A stretch of DNA of 64,000 nt from Lingula anatina (taxonomy: Eukaryota; Animalia; Brachiopoda): positions 58,940,788 to 59,004,787 of the forward strand of contig CM120640.1 in NCBI GenBank assembly GCA_051362555.1. Direction: 5' to 3'. Below the pieces are notes generated by a model, which did no database searches, was not told where the DNA came from, and was given only the letters and a program-made list of their open reading frames with translations. Shown here in pieces: positions 43,440-55,300 of this stretch (the first letter of the stretch is position 1; each line of letters begins with the position of its first letter). The translations under genes and the position numbers were made by a program.

Positions 43440-44000
43440 CTGTGTACCGTGTTCCAAGCAGTTAAAGCGCATCATACCGTGAGGCAGTTTGGGCTGATAC
43501 TGTAAGACTGCACTTCGCACCAACCAACTTGGAAGAATACACTCGGCCGCAGGATAAGGATATGGGACATTTCATTACTTATCTCTATTTCGCTGCGTAT
43601 TTTCGGTCATTCCTGTTTCTTAAATCAATCATCAACTAGAGGGGGTGACACTTGGGTATTATGTGATAATACGACATGATAATGAGTCAGCAGTGCAAAG
43701 GAAACGAACGGAGATATCTACCCGCAGGCCCCCACGGACTCGTGCTTCCCAACCGGTGCCAACTTCCTGCTTGGTGTGAGAACTGATTGTCAAGACAAGA
43801 TTATTTTTTAATTTCACCTTCGTTTTGTTTGGTCTGTGGCTGGCGTTTTTGACGTTTGTCTTTATGGCAATTAAATTAGAAAGACGTGTCTTTGCGGTTA
43901 ATAAAAGTTAGAATTAACGTGAGAGGCGTTCTGCCGTCGTAAACTGTCTCAGCGCTGCAAGTTGGCGTACATGTAGCCGGCGTCCCGGCCACAGAGCGTC
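43440..44000 (-). promoter_or_regulatory. Probable promoter/5'UTR of the RhoGEF gene
   Basis: Visible CpG enrichment against a CpG-poor background, directly upstream of the ATG exon; ETS-like ACTTCCTG near 43762. Confidence 0.45.
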
Positions 44001-44015
44001 GTTGTGCTCAAACTG

Positions 44016-44155
44016 GGGGCGTCTCGATAGTCCGAAGGTCCATTGGTCCGAAAGTGGTAACATTTTTATCGATTTTTTAATCAAGGGTTCATTGGTCCGA
44101 AGGTTCTATAGTGAACATTCGGACCAATGAACCTTCGGACTATCGCTACGGCCCC
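44016..44155. mobile_element. 140-bp Mutator-like MITE, 9-bp TSD CTCAAACTG
   Basis: ~37-bp imperfect TIRs GGGGCGTCTCGATAGTCCGAAGGTCCATTGGTCCGAA / TTCGGACCAATGAACCTTCGGACTATCGCTACGGCCCC; TSD at 44007-44015 and 44156-44164. A 9-bp TSD with G..C ends is typical of MULEs. Confidence 0.85.
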
Positions 44156-45083
44156 CTCAAACTGCCATGACAAAATTTGTATTGTAGTTTAACGACATCT
44201 AAGTGGCTTTTTGCCAACGTTTTATCATAACTGTTTATTATATGGTGATAATCACTTTAATAAACACAAAACCAATTCCTGCCAAGTTGAATTTTGATTA
44301 GCGCGTCTTTTTTACAACGAGTTTCTCCGTAGTCATGCCTCGACCTTCTTCGTTTTTCCTCAATAAAACTACGAATAATACCGAGTTAAGCACAAGTATA
44401 AAAAGACCTTAACTTATTATCAGTTTACCCCTTCTCATATAAAGTTTTATTTTAAAAGACTCCTACTCCGCCAAAAATAGACTCAGTACCCGGTAGGAGG
44501 ACCTGATCACGGAAAGTTTGAGTCACGTCACACAGGCCCCACTACATGGGTCTCAGCCCACCAATCTGGGTGCAACCAGCACGCACCTCAGTGGCTCGCG
44601 CAGTATGTTACCTTTTGGCACAGTGTTTTCAACCTGTTCAGGAACGTGAACAGTATTTTTCTTAGTCAAAAGTCCGCTTTTCTAATTTACAGAACCAGAG
44701 TTAGTAGATCTAAACCCTGGTCCACTTTGGCTGGTTTGTGCTGGTCAAACTTGAACTAGAGTAACATTTTTGCTGCTTATAAGACGGGAAAGTTAGCTGC
44801 AGAACAATGCGCCAAGTCTGTACGAGATAATATGCGTGCAATTTAAAATCTCATTTTAGAAACAGAAGTCGTGAAGGAAGTTTAAGGCGCAAAGGCTTAC
44901 TTACTCATTTGTAAATTCATTCACTTGTTCATGCACCTTTCATGGTACATAAGAAAATTATTTCCAAGGAAAATTCCACATCGGGGAAAATCCCAGATAA
45001 GATGCCTTTAATATTATGGGCAGGGTTTGGTCAACTTCAGGTTTAAACTTGGAAAAAACTTTTTTAGGCAGGTCCTCTGTAGC

Positions 45084-45218
45084 CACCCTGAGCTTCAGAG
45101 CTAACTTGACACTAACCTCTTCACTGTAGCCTATCTTCATCGTGTCAAGTAACTTGACACGATGAAGATAGGCTACAGTGAAGAGCTTAGTGTCAAGTTA
45201 GCTCTGAAGCTCAGGGTG
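45084..45218. mobile_element. 135-bp palindromic foldback MITE, 8-bp TSD TCTGTAGC
   Basis: 67-bp arms with one mismatch around a single-base centre (45151); TSD at 45076-45083 and 45219-45226; CAC...GTG ends. Confidence 0.9.
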
Positions 45219-46161
45219 TCTGTAGCCCATGTTTGAAAAATAACATCAGGTGTGAATTTTAAATGTTTTGATTTTGTGTTGGTATACGTAAAATTATTTT
45301 ATTAAAGAATGTTATCCCCACCCATGTCAATTTACTTTGTGTGTTTTCAGTAACATAACTTTTTTAGACAATTTTTTCTTGTTTCTGAAAAAGAAATGAC
45401 AATCATGGGCTTGGAAAATTTTTATCAAAAAATATTTTATTTCCAACTGTTTTTTATTAAAAGGCTAGTTGTCCAACTTGTCCAGCAAAGCAATCTCAGA
45501 TATAAAGTCTATTAAAAAAACTGTTAATTGGCACGTATCTGAAATAATCCTGTGCTGCTGTAACACTGTCATTGTAGAACCACATTAATGCTACATGCAC
45601 CCAGGAAACCTATACTATCACATGGAAAAAAATAATGTATCATTTAAACTGACTACGTTTACAATTAATATATGGTATACTATAGTAAACTACCCTCTAA
45701 GCATGCTAAGATTACTTATTTTAAAATATTTCAATAATACTTTTTAAACTCTGCAGAAGGTACATAATTATCATATAAAATATACTGTAAAATCTTATCA
45801 TTTTACTTAAGTATATTATATAGCAGCATACCAGTACATAAAGATAACATAAGCTATATAAATGGAATTATACATCTATTTTTGCATTCTGCATCTACTT
45901 TTGGACTGAGCTGAGGTCATTTAATCCTGTAAAAGGCCATAACAGACATACTAGAACCTAGCAATTTCACCCCAAATTTAATAGGCATTAAAAAGCCTTG
46001 CCACAACTCGCTTAAGTGTGGAGTTCACCGGGCTGTCATTCACATCATCCCTGCCACTGGAATTGTCAAATCATACAAATAGCATGATTCTGCCCATTAC
46101 TGGTTACATAAACCATCCAACCATGGCATCCACCATATCCTCATCCATAATGTATTGGTAA

Positions 46162-46326
46162 TCACTGTCCTGAGAAGAAGTGTCTTCCCCAGAGCCAGAT
46201 GTACCTAATAGCTCTCTCCAAGCTGGGTAGTTCTGGTGTACCTAATAGCTCTCTCCAAGCTGGGTAGTTCTGATGTACAACAACTGGGCTGTGCATTCCA
46301 CCATCCAATGTGACTCTTCCACCATC
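46162..46326 (-). CDS. FBH1: FBH1 terminal exon 19 (contains 37-bp duplication)
   Basis: tttcag acceptor, then [10 protein letters not shown]...WRELLG; TGA at 46164-46162. Confidence 0.72.
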   Translation of the reverse strand, partial: DGGRVTLDGGMHSPVVVHQNYPAWRELLGTPELPSLERAIRYIWLWGRHFFSGQ

Positions 46327-49300
46327 CTGAAATGTCAAGATAAAACGCATATTCATAATAACTAGAGGATCAGAGCAATGATGTCGCCATTCTGTTTTTT
46401 GACCACCAGCATGATTATGTGAATTCAAGTTGATTGGCAACCATAGAAAAATCTCTCCTAGATTAGGAAATGTAAGGGCAAGAAAATTTGGAAAGTGCAT
46501 TTTATGGTAGAAAGTATGCCAAAGGTCTAATTCGGGGTCATGCTTAAATTCCCTATATTTGACTTCCTATTCAAATTCAACAATAACTATGGGTGTATCT
46601 CATCTAGCTTTGGCAATATAAGGGTTTAAAAATAAAAAAGTGCCTTTTAGGTGAAAAGTAGGTCAAAGATCAAATTTGGATCACATGTGAATTCCCATTA
46701 TATTTCCTATTCAAGATCAATAAGACCTATGATCATTTTTCTACTAGGAGATATGAGGGCTAGAAAATTTGCAGTGCATTTCCTGATGAGAAATAGGTCA
46801 AATGTTAAATTCAATGTTAAATGAAGATTGCCAATATATGATCTCCTATTGAAGAGTTCAATAGTAACTATGGGTTCATCTATTTTAATTTTGGACAAGG
46901 GCTAGAAAATTGCAAAGTGTATCTCATGGTAAAAAATAGGTTAATGGTCAAATTCAAGGACACATTATGCTTTGCAATACATTGTTTTGTATTCAAGTTC
47001 ACTAGTAACTAACAACATTTTTCTGCCAGTTTTAGAGGTATAAGGGCTAAAAAGTTGCAAAGTGTACGTAATAGTGTAAAGTATATGGTGAATACATCTG
47101 TACTCACTATCTTTACAGTCCTTCTGACTAGTGTAGCAGCATTTGGTTTAAAGACTTGGTCTGTGTACATGCACTTGATTGATGCACCATCCTTTTCTAG
47201 TGATTTACTGGAAACTGGGTACTCAAACTGCTCCTAAAAATGAGACATTTTTGTAACAACAACAAACTTTTAATAAAGTTGGGCAAAAACTAAACGGATG
47301 TCAAATTCAACCAAAAAATTATTGTACACAATTTTGGACAACTCACCACTGAAAGACAAAGAAATAAGAGACAACTTACTCCTAGATGTCTGAGCACATG
47401 TTTCATCAAAATTTCATTCATCTGAAGTCGCTTCTTAGCCCTTGTAACTGCCACATACAGAATATTGCATTCATCTTCTTTGTGTTCCACTAGAATTAAA
47501 TCATTTTATTTCATAAAACATTTTTTTTTGTTAATATCAAAATTGAAGTGGAGATGATACAGATGAATATAACAAGTAATGGCAAATGCATTATGAAGTG
47601 ATTTAAATGAATTGTAATGATAATTTTGCACAAATTAATTATCAAACACATTTTAATTAAATACTTATAAGAAGCAGATCTCAAGCTTTACCAGTGGTGC
47701 ACAAGTATTGAAAGAAATGCTCACCTGTTTGACCATCTGAATTAATAAGGAAATCATCTGTCAGCTGCACAGTGCTGAACTCCAAACCTTTTGACTTGTG
47801 AGCAGTGCTGAAAACCACATCTGGCAAAAAAAAAGAAATGAAGTCATAAAACAAAAATTGAGCTCAGCTCTTAAAGTTACAATGAAGTAAGAAAAAATCA
47901 CACCATTAATTTTTATTAATTGGAACAGAGAATAAATGAACCTTCAGTAAAATCTCCATCCAGTAATTACTTGGGCTGTATCAACACAGCACAATGTAAA
48001 TACTTATCCCATTCAATATATATATTTTTGGAACAGTTTCTCCAAAGTTCTCCCTGGGCTATAAAAAAAGTCTCACCTGCAAGCCGCAAATCCCCCACTG
48101 TTTTACTAAGTATCTTGTCTACTATGTTTGGCAATCTGTGATGAAATGTCTTCACAATCTTTATTTTTCCCAGCAAATCTGCATCTTCTACATTTTCAGC
48201 AAACTTTTCTAAAGCACCGAATGGACATGGCTGCTTCAGAAATTTCTGAAGTAAGCGGTTCTTTATTACTCTGTTTTCTAAAAAAAAAATACTAAAGATC
48301 AGTTTAAAGCAAAACAACGACTCTGCTTACAAGCTACACTGTTAAAGGATATGTGCATGGGGATGGTTGTGGTATGAACAGAATCTGATGGTAACTAGAG
48401 GATCAGAGAGGCGATACCGCCTTCGAATATTGTACCACCAGCTGGAGCAAGCGCATTCGTATAGACCCCCACATACACAAAATAAGGGACACAGCCACCA
48501 GTTTTGTGCTTGACAAGCTGTAAAAATGCAATCAACAAGAATTTTTAAACTATTGCAAAATATATATATGGTACAATCAAATTTAAGTTCTTCGTAAGGT
48601 AGGTCAAAGGTCAATTTCAAGGTCACAGTAAATTGCCAGTATATGACTTCCTATTCAAGTTCAAGAGTAACTATGGACCTATCTCTGTCAAGTTTTGGAG
48701 ATAAAAGGGAGGCAAAATTTGCAAAATTCAGTTCATGGTGAAAAGTAGGTCAAAGGTCAATTTCAAGGTCACATTTAGATTGCCAGTATATGACTTTCTA
48801 TTCAAGTTCAATAGTAACTATGGACCTATCTCTGCCAGTTTTGGAGATAAAAGGGAAGCAAAATTTGCAAAATTCAGTTCATGGTGAAAAGTAGGTCAAA
48901 GGTCAATTTCAAGGTCACATTTAGATTGCCAGTATATGACTTTCTATTCAAGTTCAATAGTAACTATGGACCTATCTCAGCCAGTTTTGGAGATAAAAGG
49001 AAAGCAAAATTTGCAAAGTTCAGTTCATGGTGAAAAGTAGGTCAAAGGTCAATTTTAAGGTCACATTTAGATTGCCAGTATATGACTTCCTATTCAAGTT
49101 CAATAGTAACTATGGACCTATCTCTGCCAGTTTTGGAGATAAAAGGGAAGAAAAATTTGCAAAGTTCAGTTTATGGTGAAAAGTAGGTCAAAGGTCAATT
49201 TTAAGGTCACATTTAGATTGCCAGTATATGACTTCCTATTCAAGTTCAATAGTAACTATGGACCTATCTCTGCCAGTTTTGGAGATAAAAGGAAAGGAAA

Positions 49301-52300
49301 ATTTGCAAAATTCAGTTCATGGTGAAAAGTAGGTCAAAGGTCAATTTTAAGGTCACATTTAGATTGCCAGTATATGACTTCCTATTCAAGTTCAATAGTA
49401 ACTATGGACCTATCTCTGCCAGTTTTGGAGATAAAAGGGAAGCAAAATTTGCAAAGTTCAGTTTATGGTGAAAAGTAGATCAAAGGTCAATTTTAAGGTC
49501 ACATTAAGATTGCCAGTATATGACTTCCTATTCAAGTTCAATAGTAACTATGGACCTATCTCTGCCAGTTTTGGAGATAAAAGGAAAGGAAAATTTGCAA
49601 AATTCAGTTCATGGTGTAAAGTAGGTCAAAGGTCATTTTTAAGGTCACATTTAGATTGCCAGTATATGACTTCCTATTCAAGTTCAATAGTAACTACGGA
49701 CCTATCTCTGCCAGTTTTGGAGATAAAAGGAAAGCAAAATTTGCAAAGTTCAGTTCATGGTGAAAAGTAGGTCAAAGGTCAAGTTTAAGGTCACATTAAG
49801 ATTGCCAGTATATGACTTCCTATTCAAGTTCAATAGTAACTATGGACCTATCTCTGCCAGTTTTGGAGATAAAAGGGAAGAAAAATTTGCAAAGTTCAAT
49901 TCATGGTGAAAAGTAGGTCAAAGATTAATTTTAAGATCACATTAAGATTGCCAGTATATGACTTCCTATTCAAGTTCAATAGTAACTATGGACCTATCTC
50001 AGCCAGTTTTGGAGATAAAAGGGAAGCAAAATTTGCAAAGTTCAGTCCATGGTGAAAAGTAGGTCAAAGGTCAATTTCAAGGTCACAGTAAGATTGCCAG
50101 TATATGACTTCCTATTCAACTTCAATAGTAACTATGGACCTATTTCTGCCAGTTTTGGAGATATAAGGGACTTAATGTTATAATTTTGGAGTTACCATAA
50201 TGTGCCATAAATTTCGTACAGAAAAAATTAATTAAAATAAAGAAAATGTCATTTTGGTCAAAATTCTTGAAATAGGAGGTGCTCTGAAGTTTCAGAAGTT
50301 CAAATTTGATGAAATAATGTCATTTTTGAACACAAGTTGTCTGCTTTGCCAAGCCTTATGTTTTATTTTTCCAGAGTTCAAAATTTATTATCCATTACCG
50401 TACTGCACATTTTGCTCTTACCACTTATATGTACTTTTTGATACAGTGTAACTCGAAAACCGTATGGAATACAAAAAAACTGAGACCACCTCCAGTGTTG
50501 GGCTTAACATGCTCTACAAAATGCAAAAAAGAATGGGTCTCTAGCATTAACGGTTCCCGAATTAGAGACAGTTTTCAGTTTCGGTATCTTATGGCCGCTA
50601 CTCCCGTGAAAATGCACCGATTGACCCCAAATTCATGGAGATGAAAGATGACCTGAAGGGTAACACTTTCCAATAATATTATTGGTTAAGTCTGTGTGGT
50701 GTCTGAATAACAGGGCAAAAAAAATTTTTTTCGTAAAAAAATTCATTTTTTTGAAAATTTTGGCCCATTTGACCTTGAAGTAAAGGTCAAAGGTCAAATC
50801 CAAGGGTATATTTGAAATCTACACATATGACTTTTGGAAAGCCGTCTATAGAAATTTTTCCCATAACTCCTTCCGTAGGGTAGATAATAAGCATTTAATT
50901 TTGCCATTTTTAGACAAGGGTGCATTGCAATGAGTGCCACACCCAGACCCCAATACCGACAAAGCCCAAACTTTACGTGGAACGAGTTGAGATTATAGGT
51001 GACCTAAATCCATGAGATGGGTACGGGGGCCCTTACCGTCTAGGAGGAGAAGCGGTAACGGTAGCCGTCCGGCGGAGCCGGCGGAGCCGGCGGAACGATC
51101 CGGACGGGACCGAAACCATGTGTACCGCCAGCGCTAACGCTGGTGGTACAATAAAATCATATATGAACATATTTTTACTAGCATCATGATAACTGCATCC
51201 CTATTGCTACTGTTTAACTTCTCTTTCAATAAACACTAGAGATTTATATAATACACAGAACTCATTTTACAAACAATAAGGCTAACAGTGTAATAGCTAA
51301 TGGAAGTGCTTCTATTACCTACCTTTTTTGCGCTGTTCCTCTGACAGCAGCATGGCATAGATTTCCATTAACAAAGGGAACCCAAAGCTATCAGTGCCCT
51401 GAAAATTAAAGCAAAACTTCATTTAACGAGACGGGTCGGGACTAAATCCATGTGTACCACCAGTGCCTAGTGGTGGTGGTACAATTACGAATATTAAAAA
51501 GATTTACATTTACTTCAATAAATCTAACCATATCTCAACAAAATTCAACTCTTTCTTTGTGTAACCCTCAGAAATTGGGTACAAAAGGCCAATTAATTTT
51601 TGTAATATCAATTTGATATTCATGCTACTGGTATTCATGTTTTCTATTCTTCTTTTGACTTGTACATTCTCATGCTTAACTGTTAACTACAAACTCACCC
51701 CTACAAATGCTACCTTCAGATTTTTATCTGTGTAGCAGCACTTCTTTGTCGCCTCATTGAATACAGTGTAGTTACACCTGCACAGTATTGCCAGTTGTCC
51801 CTCCTGGTCCCCATAGACACCACCTGTAATGTCCATCAAGGGGAAAAGTAATAATAATATCTCACATTGATTACTCTTACTTTGTGCTTTTTTTTTTACT
51901 ATGGAATAATTGTATCATACCTGGCACACCACTGCCAACCAATGTTTTTGTCTTCTCTTTCTTGAGATGTTCAAGAACACAGTTTGCCACATAGGCAATT
52001 TCTGGTCCAAAACGGAATGACTGGAATGTACACACAAATTCGATTAGTATTTTGAAAATGGATTCACTCAACTATTAATTTCATGATCACTTAGTAGACC
52101 AGTAGTTAATTCATTATTTTATGAAAATGGACCATCAAATTCAATATAAAATTTTTTATATTATTTTTTTTTTTATTTCATAATATTAAATAATTTTAAA
52201 TGCAAAGGCATTTTGCAATATAGTTCAAATATCAACCAATCTATAAATTTTTAACCAGAACCTGTGTCAGGTAGAAAGTGTGTGTATTTTCCACTTGTCT

Positions 52301-55300
52301 CATGGAATTTACAGCTCCACGGAATGCATAAATTTGCTGGTGGGGGTCACCAACCAATATCTTGGCCTGTGGTTGTCTTAACAATAAGTCAGCTATGGCT
52401 GGAATAGAAAAACAATGTATAATAACTTGACATCGTTGTTGTTGGTGTGTGTGTAAAAGAAAAGAATTGAGGGAGGGAAAATGAAATGTTGTCATTCTTA
52501 GATGTCTATTTCATCCTTATATACAGTCTGAGATGTAAATAATAGTCCCATGCCAAAGGCCAGTAAAATTGAAGCAAAACCAGTTAAATTTGTTCAGTTA
52601 CTGAACCCCACTAAAAGTTTTCAGTACAGTCTGTACATAGCTAAATTACTTGTTTTAATCAAGGCACTGTCTCACACATTTGATCAAACTTTTTTCTACT
52701 AATATACACATTGTGCAATCCTTCACAATTTTCACATTAACAAATAGCACAAAAACTCACCAGGAGTTAAATCTTGTGCTTCATCTATCAAGATGCAGTC
52801 ATATTTGCTCAGAACTTTCTCTGGAACTCTGGATAGTTGGAATAGCTTCAAGTAACCATCATGAGGCATGTTCAGTTGACAATTTGATACATTCTTCATC
52901 ACTTCCCATGCTTTAGAAGCATCTTGTGAATATTGCTTTAAAGATAATGGGTACATTTACCCTTGTGGTAAAACAAATAGGCATTGGAAGTACATCTTTT
53001 CTTTTAAGGTATTTTTCACTCTACCAACTGTCCAGACAAGGGGCTGTTTATATTTCATACAACCTTCTTTTAAAAATACATCTGCTTGCTCATGATGACA
53101 AAATTCTGGTTTAATAACAATTTATCTATACCCATACATACTGCCAAGAAAATCAAGTAATTACCACTTACCATTTTCTTTTCATGATCTATATCTTTCG
53201 GTTGACCATTTTTACCCATTTCAGTCAACGGTACATGAGCAGTAGTGATGAAGGGATCAGCAGAGTTCATGAAAGTATTGATGGTATCACGCACAGCCTT
53301 GCATCTCAAAAAACTGTTAAATCCTTTCAGATTGGGAAGGAAATCAAGCAAATGGCTCACTTTGACATCCCCAAGTTTGGATTTGTATCTGAAGATAAGA
53401 ACAGTGGAAAAATAAATGCTCATAGCAATATCATATGTTCTGTGTGCAATGAATGTTGAAATGCAATGCATGTGTGCATGTGCACCCACTAAACAAAAAA
53501 ATTTTATGAAATCTAAAATGATTTGTTGAAAACTGCTTACTTTACACCAAAACTCCTGAATGCCAATGCATGCACAGTGGTGCTATTCACATTGGATGGG
53601 AAGGCACTCTTATTCCGTTCACTGACAGCCCTGAATAAGATATGTAAATATGTTTCCAAAATATTCATGGACTACTGCTCAAAGTTTTTCTTACCACAAG
53701 CAAGGAAAAAAACACTATACCTGCATGGAGAATGGCCATCTTCAAACTGATAATGAGTACACTGATGCTATAGTTCATACTCTGTTAAAGATGTCAAAAG
53801 TTTTTAAAATCACCCAGTCCTAATTTATAAGTGGTTGACAATGAATTTTCTTATTCTTCTTAAAGAACCAATCTAGTTTCAATCAGGTCTTTTTACAGTT
53901 AAATTCTACAGAGTTCCGACTTTGGGTCAGTGAACTGGAATCAGTCTGTCATTGGCCAGTGGCATGATGACTCACACTTATGAATGCATATAATCTTAAT
54001 ATTTCAATACACATGTATGTATTTAAATTAAAATAACTTACTTATTGTAGACAACAAGCACAAATGAGGTACTAGGCCTGAACTGGGTGTATCGGATCAA
54101 AGTGGACGTTTTTCCAGTCCCTGGAAAAAGGAAAATTGTAGAAGATTTTGTTAAACAAGACAATGAATTCACCATTCACTGATAATGGCTGATATTGGAT
54201 TGATTAGACAAAAATGGAACTAAATTTTCAATAATATTCTAAATGCATTATTTGTCAAAAAATTTGTCCTTTAAATGTTATATCTTTTGGAAATGACACT
54301 TTGCAACACACCTAGAAGATTAGTTCAGATCAATGAAGAGCATACACATATGCAAATAAACCACACCTGCAAAGGCAATGATTTTGAGCACATCTCCTCT
54401 TGCAACATTGTGATTGATGATTCTTTGTTGTTCATGTGTCATCTTCAACCCTGTTGCTTTGCCATATTTCAAAAGGCTCTGCTGTCCTTTGTATTTTTCA
54501 AATACACCAGTCAGGTCAAGCATGTTAGATGTAGTGGAATTCTCATGAAGATACAAGGCATAGTACAGTCTGTAGTGGATACTGAAAGACAATGTACCTA
54601 TTACTATCAATAGTTCTACTTTTAATATTTTATACAATTAAAAAAAGTTCTTGTTTGCTGTAACAGCCTTTTTCCTGCCATCAATAATTAGTGCTTACTT
54701 AACTCGTTTGAACATTATGTGATAATAAATTTTACTTGTTTCAAAAAAATCTTCACACCCATCCCATCTTGAAATTTACAACAAAAAAAATCATGTAAAA
54801 GTAACAGATAATAAAAAGTAAGACTAACTAACCCATTCCAAGGACCAGTTGAAAAGTTCTTCTTGAATGCCAGCAATATAACTGCAATGTGATACAAACA
54901 CTCCACCACCTCATTAGCTGTACACTGGGAGTGAGCACACAGCAGGCACTCTATTACTTCCTCAATGTCATGTACAGTCTCCGAAATGATCACTAGCATT
55001 GTGATCAAACTCCATGGATTTGGTACCTGTAAATTATATAAATATGTGTAGAGAGCCTTTATGGAAAATTTGTCACTGAATATTTAGAAATAGTAGACTT
55101 TCAATAAATTTTGACGTTTCTTATCTTCATCAACCCAAATATTTAGAAAAATGAAAATTAAAAATCCAACAACCTGGTTTAACTTTTACATAGCAAAGCT
55201 TGCCTTAATTATTCCCTTCCTTCATCTTTCAAAAAACCAACCTTCCAATATGGCATATAATATTGCTTATACAAGTTGAATATGAAGGGCAAACAAACAA

